NCBI GenBank assembly: GCA_028289135.1
Contig: JAQGGW010000008.1
Span: 98,385 to 162,384, forward strand
Direction of reading: 5' to 3'
Source: Candidatus Saccharimonadota bacterium
GTDB lineage: Bacteria > Patescibacteriota > Saccharimonadia > Saccharimonadales > JACDBH01
DNA length: 64,000 bases
Positions 1 to 8,390 of the stretch are shown here, piece after piece. The notes beneath the pieces were generated by a model, which was not told where the DNA came from, ran no database searches, and saw only the letters and a list, made by a program, of their open reading frames with translations. Numbering within the stretch: the first letter of the stretch is position 1; each line of letters starts with the position of its first letter. The translations under genes and the position numbers were made by a program.

Positions 1-9
1 GAGTACGAA

Positions 10-330
10 ATGATTTATATGCAAACCCTTATGCACCGAGTTTTAGCAACTATATCACTTGACCCAACGACAGGCTCTAAAGAGCCGCTTGGCCTGCCGA
101 GGACACAGCTAACCAACCCTACCCTTCAGAAGGGTATTCAAACTTTCTTAGGAATTGCAGCGGCAGTTGCCCTGCTAATTATTGTTATATCGGCTTTTAG
201 AATGGTTATTTCACGCGGCAACCCGCAGGATATCGCTAAAGCTCGCGACGCGATTTTGTATGCATCCATTGGGCTGGTCATAACCATGATAGCCTTTAGT
301 ATAGTAACGTTTGTGATTGGACGGGTTTAA
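10..330 (+). CDS. VirB2/TrbC-like (T4SS-type) pilin, copy 1
   Basis: Two hydrophobic helices flanking SRGNPQDIAKARDAILYASIGL; paralogous to the next four ORFs. Confidence 0.75.
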   Translation: MIYMQTLMHRVLATISLDPTTGSKEPLGLPRTQLTNPTLQKGIQTFLGIAAAVALLIIVISAFRMVISRGNPQDIAKARDAILYASIGLVITMIAFSIVTFVIGRV

Positions 331-855
331 ATGCGCCGGTTATTTGTTGCTATCACTATCATGCTGTTTGGCCTGGCTGTATCGATGCCTCTAATAAGTG
401 CCCGAACTGTTTATGCTGCGGATTGCGCAGACGGATCGTCCTTTGATGCAAGCGGGCAATGCCCTTGCGCGGGCGGTGCTACGCTCGGCGCAGACAATAA
501 GTGCGTGTGCCCAAGTGGCAATTCTCCCGAAACAGATGGGACGTGTAGCGTAGCGCCTTTTGCGCAAGCATGCCTTCTCGGAGCTGCTACTGCATCTACC
601 TGTAAAACAGATCCTACTAAAAATCCTGTTTCCGGCAAGGACGGAGTTATATTTAAAGCTATTAACATATTCTCGTTTATTATTGGTGTAGCCTCTGTTG
701 TTATGGTGCTAGTTGGCGGGCTGCGGTACGTCATATCCAACGGTGATAGCAACAATATCGCAACAGCAAAAAACACCATTCTGTACGCTATTATTGGCAT
801 TGTCGTATTTTTGCTTTCCCGTGGAATAATTGTTTTTGTCGTTAATAAACTTTAG
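331..855 (+). CDS. VirB2/TrbC-like pilin with Cys-rich N-terminal head, copy 2
   Basis: Signal peptide, several Cys residues, conserved GGLRYVISNGDS...AKNTILYAIIG C-terminal core. Confidence 0.8.
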   Translation: MRRLFVAITIMLFGLAVSMPLISARTVYAADCADGSSFDASGQCPCAGGATLGADNKCVCPSGNSPETDGTCSVAPFAQACLLGAATASTCKTDPTKNPVSGKDGVIFKAINIFSFIIGVASVVMVLVGGLRYVISNGDSNNIATAKNTILYAIIGIVVFLLSRGIIVFVVNKL

Positions 856-867
856 GAGACTAAAAAT

Positions 868-1317
868 ATGTTAAAAAAACTAAAATATATTATCGCAGGC
901 CTTAGCCTAGCGATTATCCCTGCCCTTGCTGTAAGCTATGTTTCCGCGGATGCGGCTCAGGATTCGGTCTGCCAAGGCATTGGACTAGTAAGCTCCACTG
1001 GCGGCTGTGTTGAAGATGCAAGCTCTCCTTCTGTGGGCGGTACGGTGCATGCGGTTGTAACAATTCTTTCCTGGGTTGTTGGCGTTCTTTCGGTCATTAT
1101 GGTAATTGTCGGCGGCTTCAAATACATCACCTCCGGGGGTGATAGTACAAAAGTTGGCAGCGCCAAAAATACCATTCTCTACGCGGTTGTCGGCTTGGTG
1201 ATTGTTGCCATGGCTCAAGTAATTGTACGGTTCACTATTAATAAGACATCAGGTACAAATAACCCAGTGACTCCCGTATCTGCTCCCGTCACTCCTCCAT
1301 CGCAAACCCCGAGCTAA
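868..1317 (+). CDS. VirB2/TrbC-like pilin, copy 3
   Basis: AGGAG SD, signal peptide, Cys pair, GGFKYITSGGDS...AKNTILYAVVG. Confidence 0.8.
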   Translation: MLKKLKYIIAGLSLAIIPALAVSYVSADAAQDSVCQGIGLVSSTGGCVEDASSPSVGGTVHAVVTILSWVVGVLSVIMVIVGGFKYITSGGDSTKVGSAKNTILYAVVGLVIVAMAQVIVRFTINKTSGTNNPVTPVSAPVTPPSQTPS

Positions 1318-1444
1318 TAAGCGTATTTGCAAGGGGTCAGTCTTAATAGCGCTCTGGCAACATCCCTCAGCTGCCGAAAGGCTTGTATACGACCTCTGAA
1401 CTGTGCTATAAATAAACGTAAGTTAAAACAAGGAAATATTCACA

Positions 1445-1930
1445 ATGTTTAAAAAAATCAAAGATTCAATAATTCTAGTCGCAAGCATCGCTTTGTTCGC
1501 GGTTCCAGTACTCGTGCCCGTTACAGCGCATGCCGCTGCTGCATGCGCCACTGACCCAGCAACCGGTGCTGTAATCGTGCCACATAGTCCTGCTGACTGT
1601 ACGCCACCTACTGATATCCGAGGAAACCTTTGCGGTGGTGTTGACCTAAGCACTGACCCCAACGCCGCTAACTGTAATAATGTAGATGCTACAGGTGCAA
1701 GCAGCGCCAATGGCCTTATCTCTAACATCATCAACATCTTCTCTCTTGTAGTAGGTATCGTTGCTGTTCTAATGATCATCGTTGCAGGTTTCCGCTACAT
1801 TACCTCTGGTGGTAATGATGGCAATGTTGGTACGGCCAAGAATACTATTCTCTACGCTGTCATTGGCCTTGTTATCGTTGCTCTTGCCCAGATAATTGTC
1901 CGCTTCGTACTCAATAAAACAAAAGTATAG
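1445..1930 (+). CDS. VirB2/TrbC-like pilin, copy 4
   Basis: Signal peptide, 4 Cys, GFRYITSGGND...AKNTILYAVIG. Confidence 0.8.
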   Translation: MFKKIKDSIILVASIALFAVPVLVPVTAHAAAACATDPATGAVIVPHSPADCTPPTDIRGNLCGGVDLSTDPNAANCNNVDATGASSANGLISNIINIFSLVVGIVAVLMIIVAGFRYITSGGNDGNVGTAKNTILYAVIGLVIVALAQIIVRFVLNKTKV

Positions 1931-1950
1931 TCTAGGAGACTGTAACAGCT

Positions 1951-2355
1951 ATGTTAAAAAAAATCTTGCTTAGCATTTCTATCGTCCTCGCTGCAGCTAT
2001 GCCGCTTGCCTTTGCGGGCGGTGCGTACGCAGCAGAAGGTATCCAACAGAACCTTTGTGCTGGTGCCAACCTAAACGTAAATACCGACTGTAATAGCGGC
2101 GGCATTACCGATGCCGAGGCACAGCAGCGTATTAACGACATCTTACACAGCGTCATTAACCTGTTTTCGCTCGTTGTGGGCATCGTGTCGGTCATCATGA
2201 TCATCTTTGGCGGCCTTAAGTACATCACCTCCGGCGGTGACTCAGGCAACGTCGGCAACGCCAAAAACACCATACTCTATGCAATCATCGGTATCGTGAT
2301 CGTTGCCCTTGCCCAGTTCATCGTCAGATTCGTGTTAACAAAAATCGCCCAGTAG
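1951..2355 (+). CDS. VirB2/TrbC-like pilin, copy 5
   Basis: AGGAG SD, signal peptide, Cys pair, GGLKYITSGGDSG...AKNTILYAIIG. Confidence 0.8.
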   Translation: MLKKILLSISIVLAAAMPLAFAGGAYAAEGIQQNLCAGANLNVNTDCNSGGITDAEAQQRINDILHSVINLFSLVVGIVSVIMIIFGGLKYITSGGDSGNVGNAKNTILYAIIGIVIVALAQFIVRFVLTKIAQ

Positions 2356-2371
2356 CAACTGACGCGTTCAA

Positions 2372-2408
2372 ATTTAAAAAGGCTTCCCTCCCGGAAGCCT
2401 TTTTAAAT
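2372..2408 (+). terminator. Intrinsic terminator after the pilin array
   Basis: ATTTAAAAAGGCTTCC-loop-GGAAGCCTTTTTAAAT inverted repeat with a T tract. Confidence 0.85.
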
Positions 2409-2595
2409 ACTTCGACTCCCAATTACGATTTTGGCCTATTACACCCAGAATCAAATTATTTTACGACCTAGTGGTTCGTTTGGGTTATGTCAGGCTGAGT
2501 CAGTTTGGCCAAGCGGTTAAATATTATTATGATTTCACTTTAGTGTGGGTCCTAGACTCGTTAGGATAGTGCAGCTTGGGATGAAAGCCGAGCAC

Positions 2596-2632
2596 TAAAA
2601 AAGAGCTGTGCATAAGGCACTGCTCTTTTTTA
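2596..2632. terminator. Bidirectional-type terminator hairpin downstream of hsp20
   Basis: AAAAAAGAGCTGTGC-loop-GCACTGCTCTTTTTT. Confidence 0.65.
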
Positions 2633-2676
2633 TGACGCAGGTTTTCGCCCAAGGGGCGCATCCTACGAGTTTAGGA

Positions 2677-3165
2677 CTACTGGATTTGAATCTTCTTGAC
2701 AGTATCTTGCTTAACCTTAGCAAAAGAAATAGTAAGTACGCCGTCCTTCAACATCGCTTCAATCTCTTCTTCCTTAACAGGAACAGGCAATGCAATGCTG
2801 CGGCTAAATTCGCCCCAGTAACATTCTTGGACAAAATAATTCTCGACGTCGTCTTCAGTTCCGGCGCTTAATGTGCCGTGAATACTGAGCGTATTGTCCG
2901 AGATACTAACATCTAGTTCGTTCTTGTTGACCCCTGCTGTGCGGGCTTTAACAACCAGCTTGTCTTTGGTTTCATAAACATCAACCGCCAACTGGCCTGG
3001 TACTGGTTCTTCGTCGTCCCAATCTGATGCAGTCGGCGCGTCGGCTTGGCCGTCGTCTGCCATCGGAGCATTCGAAGGCGCCATAGAAGTATCATCATCA
3101 CCTAAGAAGGCGGCTGTTAGCTCATCCTCCATCAAGAGGTCGTCATCCTGATTCCGTCGTGCCAT
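2677..3165 (-). CDS. Hsp20/alpha-crystallin small heat shock protein
   Basis: VDVYET...AGV...ECYWGEFSRSIALP...A.LKDGVLTI motifs. Confidence 0.9.
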   Translation of the reverse strand: MARRNQDDDLLMEDELTAAFLGDDDTSMAPSNAPMADDGQADAPTASDWDDEEPVPGQLAVDVYETKDKLVVKARTAGVNKNELDVSISDNTLSIHGTLSAGTEDDVENYFVQECYWGEFSRSIALPVPVKEEEIEAMLKDGVLTISFAKVKQDTVKKIQIQ

Positions 3166-3301
3166 CTTATTCTCCCCTCATAGCTTAAAATAGACAAAAA
3201 GATTGATTTTTTATCTTGCTCCTAGTATAGCTATAGTTGTTACGGGGTGCAACGCTTTTGAGTACTTATTTACAACATAATAAAAACAACAGGAGTAATT
3301 A

Positions 3302-3973
3302 GTGCGTTTAATCGAACACTTTTTCAGCCTTTTAGCCCCTCACGACTGTATTAATTGCGGCCAAGAAGGTGCCCTTCTCTGTTCAGACTGTACTGTTAAA
3401 AAACTAGAACCCGTGCCTGGGCGGTGCTACAGGTGTTTTAGGCAGTCACTTAATTGTTCCACCTGCCCTGTTTGCCGCCATTATTCTGTACTCAAACACG
3501 TATGGGTACGCACGCAATATAACGAAACGGCGAAACAATTGGTGCACGAGCTTAAATTTAGCTTTGCCAAGGACGCCGCTCATAAAATAGCTAAAGAAAT
3601 ACAAACAACCCTTCCCTTACTTGCACCCGATACGATCATTGTACATATTCCCGCAGCCACTACACACGTCCGCCAGCGCGGTTTTGACCAGTCGGCCCTA
3701 ATTGCCCGCGAGCTTTCGTATTTAACTAGCCTCCCCCATATTCATGCTTTGAATAGGCTGGGCCAGCAACGCCAGGTCGGTGCAAGCGCTAAAACCCGTC
3801 AGCAACAGATGAAAAATGCCTTTCGTGCCGTTTCTAATCATGCGATTGAAGGTATGCAAGTGCTTTTGGTCGACGATGTATTAACAACTGGTTCGACCCT
3901 TGAAGCCGCTGCCCTAACCCTCCGGCGAGCAGGCGCAAAGTCAGTTTCGGCCGTTGTCTTTGCCCAGGCTTAG
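3302..3973 (+). CDS. comF: ComF family protein (double zinc ribbon + phosphoribosyltransferase)
   Basis: CxxC pairs, RGFDQS, VLLVDDVLTTGSTL PRPP-binding motif. Confidence 0.88.
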   Translation: MRLIEHFFSLLAPHDCINCGQEGALLCSDCTVKKLEPVPGRCYRCFRQSLNCSTCPVCRHYSVLKHVWVRTQYNETAKQLVHELKFSFAKDAAHKIAKEIQTTLPLLAPDTIIVHIPAATTHVRQRGFDQSALIARELSYLTSLPHIHALNRLGQQRQVGASAKTRQQQMKNAFRAVSNHAIEGMQVLLVDDVLTTGSTLEAAALTLRRAGAKSVSAVVFAQA

Positions 3974-4036
3974 TAAATACTTCCATTAACAGAGATAAGC
4001 TGGTATAATTTCAATCTGTTACGCAATGTTTAATAC

Positions 4037-4129
4037 GGAGGGGTACCCAAGTGGCTCAAGGGGACGGTTTGCTAAATCGTTAGGGGGGAGAAATCTCCCG
4101 CGAGAGTTCGAATCTCTCCTCCTCCGCCA
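4037..4129 (+). tRNA. tRNA-Ser(GCT)
   Basis: Cloverleaf, anticodon arm ACGGT-TTGCTAA-ATCGT, long variable arm, GTTCGAATC, encoded CCA. Confidence 0.95.
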
Positions 4130-4187
4130 TCCTTCGTCGCCAACCTTTTTAAAAGGTTAGCCACGGAGGATGTTTACAATCATATAC

Positions 4188-4275
4188 GGAAGGGTCGCAT
4201 AGTGGTCGAGTGCACCGGTCTTGAAAACCGGAGACCTGAGAGGGTCCGAGGGTTCGAATCCCTCCTCTTCCGCCA
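4188..4275 (+). tRNA. tRNA-Ser(TGA)
   Basis: Anticodon arm CCGGT-CTTGAAA-ACCGG, long variable arm, T-loop, CCA. Confidence 0.95.
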
Positions 4276-4277
4276 AT

Positions 4278-4313
4278 CTAAAATAGCCATGCTGCAAAGT
4301 ATGGCTATTTTAG
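4278..4313 (+). terminator. Hairpin/terminator after tRNA-Ser(TGA)
   Basis: CTAAAATAGCCAT...ATGGCTATTTTAG inverted repeat. Confidence 0.7.
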
Positions 4314-4326
4314 TTTGGTACAAAGG

Positions 4327-4346
4327 TCGAATCCCTCCTCTTCCGC
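4327..4346 (+). repeat. 20-bp direct repeat of the tRNA-Ser(TGA) 3' end
   Basis: TCGAATCCCTCCTCTTCCGC identical to 4254-4273. Confidence 0.9.
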
Positions 4347-4386
4347 TCTTTATAATTTTCTTTTTGAAAAATGCTACAATAAGCGT

Positions 4387-4989
4387 ATGCAAGAAGAGGG
4401 TAATCAGGAGCAACAGGCGCAGCCAGATGCAGGCTGGGTTTTTAAGCAAGGGCCTCAGCAGTCTTCCCCTTTAGCGTCTCAAACTTCCTCATCGGCCACG
4501 TTGCCGGGCGTATCCATGACTACATCACCAGAAGATGCTGTTACCTGGAGTGCTTCGGAGTATGTCGGCCACCCCAAGAACGCTGGCTGGTATCTTATGC
4601 TCGCCGGGGCAACAGCTTCCGTAGGTGTTATCGTCTACTTTTTAACGCGTGATGTTGTCTCCACTGTAGTCATCGCCATCTTAGGCATTGTCGTCGGAGT
4701 CTTTGCGGCCCGTCAGCCACAAGTAATGGAGTATGCCTTGGACAGGTCAGGTATCCACCTTGGTAGCCGATTTTATCCCTATAATGTCTTCAAGACCTTT
4801 TCGGTAGCCGAAGATGGTGCATTCAGCCACGTTACCCTCTTGCCGCTCAAGCGGTTTTTGCCCCCAATAACCGTGCATTACTCTCCTGACGACGAAGAAA
4901 AAATCATCAAAACCCTGGCCGACTATCTCCCGTTTGAAGAGCATAAAAACGACGTCATCGAAAACTTCAGCCGCCGCGTCCGTTTCTAA
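4387..4989 (+). CDS. Hypothetical membrane protein (two TM helices; CPR-type W.ASE...HPK..GWY motif)
   Basis: ORF track; start moved to ATG 4387, which lies 6 nt after TGcTACAAT. Confidence 0.7.
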   Translation: MQEEGNQEQQAQPDAGWVFKQGPQQSSPLASQTSSSATLPGVSMTTSPEDAVTWSASEYVGHPKNAGWYLMLAGATASVGVIVYFLTRDVVSTVVIAILGIVVGVFAARQPQVMEYALDRSGIHLGSRFYPYNVFKTFSVAEDGAFSHVTLLPLKRFLPPITVHYSPDDEEKIIKTLADYLPFEEHKNDVIENFSRRVRF

Positions 4990-5146
4990 ATTTTTGACAG
5001 GATTTGCATGATATATATTCCTAAAACCTTGCAAGCAAGTTTTAGGGTACCGCTGCGCTATTAAGGAAAACATGAATAGCCGGCGGCTATTCATGCCTAC
5101 GACCTCCAGCTGGAGGTCGACAGTGTTCGAATCCAGCCAGAAACAA

Positions 5147-5190
5147 ACCAAGAAAAAAGTCCCACCGAAAGGTGGGACTTTTTTCTTGGT
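5147..5190. terminator. Bidirectional intrinsic terminator abutting the tRNA-Arg 3' end
   Basis: Perfect ACCAAGAAAAAAGTCCCACC-GAAA-GGTGGGACTTTTTTCTTGGT hairpin. Confidence 0.85.
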
Positions 5191-5263
5191 GTACCCGACA
5201 GGATTTGAACCTACGACCTCCAGTACCGCAAACTGGCGCTCTATCCAGCTGAGCTACGGGTAC
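5187..5263 (-). tRNA. tRNA-Arg(GCG)
   Basis: Minus strand GTACCCG...CCAGT-TTGCGGT-ACTGG...GGTTCAAATCC...CGGGTACACCA. Confidence 0.92.
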
Positions 5264-5346
5264 AAAACAGAGGTAATTTTAGCATCTTTCTCTAGTAAAG
5301 GCTAGTCCTAATGGTTAATCGTAAGGTATAATTGCCTCTGTCCCAA

Positions 5347-5436
5347 GGAAGGGTCGCATAGTCCGGTCTAGTGCGCCGCTCTCGAAAAGCGGTAAGGCGC
5401 AAGCCTTCGAGAGTTCGAATCTCTCCCCTTCCGCCA
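5347..5436 (+). tRNA. tRNA-Ser(CGA)
   Basis: Anticodon arm CCGCT-CTCGAAA-AGCGG, long variable arm, CCA. Confidence 0.95.
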
Positions 5437-5473
5437 AACAAAAACGCTCTGCTTCAAAACAGAGTGTTTTTGG

Positions 5474-6661
5474 TTAAAGCTGGATCTTGCGCGGCGGCCG
5501 CGGCGGCCGTGGTGGGCGTTGTTGCTGCGGCACTGGCGGAGCGCTTGGGACTAATGGGCGTGGTTCAGCAGGGGTCAGGTCTCTTGCGGGTGGTACATTA
5601 TTACTCATAGGAGCCTCATGAACAACTGGGATGTCTTTGTGCCGGTGATGGCGTTTAATTAATACTGCAACGACTTTTACGATGACGCCAACCACAATAT
5701 ATGCAACGGTAAAGATAAGCAGATACCGCTCGACGTCCGTCAAGATTACCCGCACAAGATCAACGCCAAGCTTTTGATGTGAATCAAGCCCTCCCGGCAA
5801 GCTTGCGAGCCGTTTTGTACCCCAGTTAAAGAAGTAGCGTAACCCGGCATAGATAATGAGCAGCCCAAACCCAATAGTGAGGAAGATATTTCCAACCCGG
5901 TGCATTCCTTGCAAGCGTTTTTTACTCAAGAAAATAATGGCGAGGGATAATAAAAGCGTCGTAATGCCAAGCCCTATTGGCAAAAAGCCACCGAGCTTAT
6001 AAGCTTTTCGGGCCGCGACCAGTTTACTGTCGCTCGTAATCGGTATTTTCTTTCCGCTTTGAGAAACCATAATGTCACTACCAAGCACAACCGGTGTTTT
6101 AAAGAGTTTCTGCCCCGCAACGTAGTCATGTGCCATCGAAGCTACTTTGTCGGCGCTTACGCCAGCAGGTAAACAAGTAGCGGCCAATGGGTCGACCGGA
6201 CTGTTGCCATCCACTGCCCCGCACTTAGGCAGGCCGGCGGAACGGGTTTTGGCGTAAGCGGTTAAACCGTCCACTATCTGGGTTTTGATAGGGTTAAGGT
6301 CCAGCTTAAACATAAGATCTTGGTCCGAGCTGCCCAGCCACTGGTAGATGCTACCAATAAATGAATCTACCGAGTTTTTAACAAAATCACTCGAGAGTGC
6401 GTTTTTAACCACCGCCTTTACATTAGGGTCAGAAAAAGGCAGTCCCTCACCCCCGTCTTTTACGGTAGTTTTCTCTATATTTTCAAGCGCAATATCAGCC
6501 GCTTGCGAGTAAAAATTACTCCTATCCAGCCACCCAGTTACCGCCTGCCGGTTGCGTATAGTCGAGGCGCTAATATTGGTCCAAGCGAACCCAATCAAAA
6601 CCGTACCCAGCAATCCTCCTAAGAACCCTAGGAGCATTTTTCTCAAAACATTCATAAGCAT
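5474..6661 (-). CDS. Hypothetical multi-pass membrane protein with Pro/Arg-rich tail
   Basis: N-terminal TM, large soluble domain with a Cys pair, three C-terminal TMs. Confidence 0.7.
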   Translation of the reverse strand: MLMNVLRKMLLGFLGGLLGTVLIGFAWTNISASTIRNRQAVTGWLDRSNFYSQAADIALENIEKTTVKDGGEGLPFSDPNVKAVVKNALSSDFVKNSVDSFIGSIYQWLGSSDQDLMFKLDLNPIKTQIVDGLTAYAKTRSAGLPKCGAVDGNSPVDPLAATCLPAGVSADKVASMAHDYVAGQKLFKTPVVLGSDIMVSQSGKKIPITSDSKLVAARKAYKLGGFLPIGLGITTLLLSLAIIFLSKKRLQGMHRVGNIFLTIGFGLLIIYAGLRYFFNWGTKRLASLPGGLDSHQKLGVDLVRVILTDVERYLLIFTVAYIVVGVIVKVVAVLIKRHHRHKDIPVVHEAPMSNNVPPARDLTPAEPRPLVPSAPPVPQQQRPPRPPRPPRKIQL

Positions 6662-6718
6662 AATTGTACGTTAGAAATCCTAAACCCCAAAGCGTCTACT
6701 GCTATACTGATAGGTATT

Positions 6719-7117
6719 ATGGAAGACAGCGTATTTAGCAAAATTATTAAGGGCGAAATCCCTTCGCACAAGATCTATGAGGACGAAAAGACCTTGGCAT
6801 TTTTGGACATCCGCCCTGTTCAGCCGGGCCAAGTCGTGGTGGTTTCAAAGCTGCAGGTAAACTTTGTGTGGGATTTACCGGCTGAAGACTACGCTGCTCT
6901 TATGTCCACCGTACAAAAAGTTGGCCAGCATTTGCGGGAAAGCTTCCCCGAAAAACAGCGTATTGCCGTACGGATCGAGGGGTTTGACGTCAATAATCAC
7001 GCGCACGTTGTGCTTATACCTTCCAACAACCCGGCAGAATTCAACGCCCACCCCAACATGGAGGCCGAGCCGGATCACGAGGCATTAGCAAAATTAGCAG
7101 AAAGTTTGAGGTTTTAG
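6719..7117 (+). CDS. HIT family hydrolase
   Basis: SVFSKIIKGEIP...AFLDIRP...; histidine triad partly degenerate (HAHVV). Confidence 0.85.
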   Translation: MEDSVFSKIIKGEIPSHKIYEDEKTLAFLDIRPVQPGQVVVVSKLQVNFVWDLPAEDYAALMSTVQKVGQHLRESFPEKQRIAVRIEGFDVNNHAHVVLIPSNNPAEFNAHPNMEAEPDHEALAKLAESLRF

Positions 7118-7118
7118 G

Positions 7119-7298
7119 ATGGGAAATGGTGTAATCGCATTTTTAGTCGCACTTGGCGCAGGAGCGTGGATTTTTAGTAAGGTACAGCGTACAACCGGCA
7201 ACAATACCAAAAGTTCATTAATTGTGGCCGGCATCTCGGTGGCAGTTATTTTTGGTGTTGTGCTCTTGTTACTTGGTTTGATCCCAAAATCAGCCTAA
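7119..7298 (+). CDS. Small two-TM membrane protein, 59 aa (not in ORF track)
   Basis: MGNGVIAFLVALGAGAWIFSKVQRTTGNNTKSSLIVAGISVAVIFGVVLLLLGLIPKSA; starts 1 nt after the HIT stop. Confidence 0.7.
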   Translation: MGNGVIAFLVALGAGAWIFSKVQRTTGNNTKSSLIVAGISVAVIFGVVLLLLGLIPKSA

Positions 7299-7380
7299 AA
7301 CAGCCAGTTTAACCAAAAAGTAGCCATTTAATACTACTTCTGGTCGCTATTTGCCGTCTTGGCTGGTATTATAATCCCAT

Positions 7381-8223
7381 ATGGATGAGCAGAGTTTGGG
7401 TAGGCATCTGCAGGCCGCGCGTGTTGCCGCGGGTCTGACACAGCAAGAACTATGTCAAAAAGCGGACATTTCTTATTCCACTTTGGCCAAGATTGAGCGC
7501 GGGGCCATTAAGTCGCCGTCAGTCTTTACCGTGCAGCGTTTATCAGAGGTACTGGGGCTATCTCTGGATGGCATGATGGGTAACACACACGGCGCAGCCC
7601 ACTCACAAAAGGGTCGCAGCCGGACCGGTGTGAGCTTTGTTTACTTCGACATCAACGGTTGTTTGGTGCGCTTCTTTCACCGGGCGTTTACCGAAATGGC
7701 GCGCGACACCCAAGCGCCGGCCGATGCAATCGAGAGCGCTTTTTGGCACCATAATGACGCAATTTGCCGAGGCGAGATTGGCCTGGACGAGTTTAACGCC
7801 TTGCTTGCCGAGCAGCTTGGCGTGGACACGATTGACTGGCAAAAATACTACATGGCCTCTGTTGATGCCATCCACGAAATGCACGATGTTGTAACCTGGG
7901 CTGCCCAGCATTACCGGATTGGATTGCTTAGCAACATTATGCCTGGGTTCATCGATGCCATGGTCGCAACCGGCCTCCTCCCTGTCCTGAGCTACGACGT
8001 TATAGTGGATTCTTCTGCCGTTGGCGCCATCAAGCCCGAGCGCAAGATTTATGATATTGCCCAAGAGCGGGCCAACGTCCCGCCGGAAGAAATTTTGTTT
8101 GTCGACGACAGCCGCACCAACCTAATGGCTGCCGAAAAACTGGGGTGGCACGTGATGTGGTTTGATGATTTTAGGCCGGAAGAATCGGCCGACCGGGTCA
8201 AAAACGCTCTCGACCCTATTTAG
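7381..8223 (+). CDS. XRE-family HTH fused to a HAD-IA hydrolase
   Basis: LTQQEL...STLAKIERG HTH; FDINGCL, LSN, KP, FVDD HAD motifs. Confidence 0.85.
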   Translation: MDEQSLGRHLQAARVAAGLTQQELCQKADISYSTLAKIERGAIKSPSVFTVQRLSEVLGLSLDGMMGNTHGAAHSQKGRSRTGVSFVYFDINGCLVRFFHRAFTEMARDTQAPADAIESAFWHHNDAICRGEIGLDEFNALLAEQLGVDTIDWQKYYMASVDAIHEMHDVVTWAAQHYRIGLLSNIMPGFIDAMVATGLLPVLSYDVIVDSSAVGAIKPERKIYDIAQERANVPPEEILFVDDSRTNLMAAEKLGWHVMWFDDFRPEESADRVKNALDPI

Positions 8224-8231
8224 AGCCCAGG

Positions 8232-8363
8232 CTAGTGCTTAGGTCCGTGAAAGATATTGCCAAGAAATCTAAGTCCAAACGCTAGGGCCAAAACACTCGT
8301 GCCGATTTTAAGAATTTGCTCGCCGGGTGATTGTTTTTTACGTTCAGCTGTCTTTTCACTCAT
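8232..8363 (-). CDS. Possible 43-aa single-TM microprotein
   Basis: MSEKTAERKKQSPGEQILKIGTSVLALAFGLRFLGNIFHGPKH; fills the gap after valS. Confidence 0.4.
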   Translation of the reverse strand: MSEKTAERKKQSPGEQILKIGTSVLALAFGLRFLGNIFHGPKH

Positions 8364-8390
8364 AGTTCTATTTTACGCTACCAGTCAATT

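Noticed and set aside
4180..4474. ORFs overlapping tRNA-Ser(TGA); also 5072-5305 and 5371-5610
   Set aside because: Shadow translations of tRNA genes.
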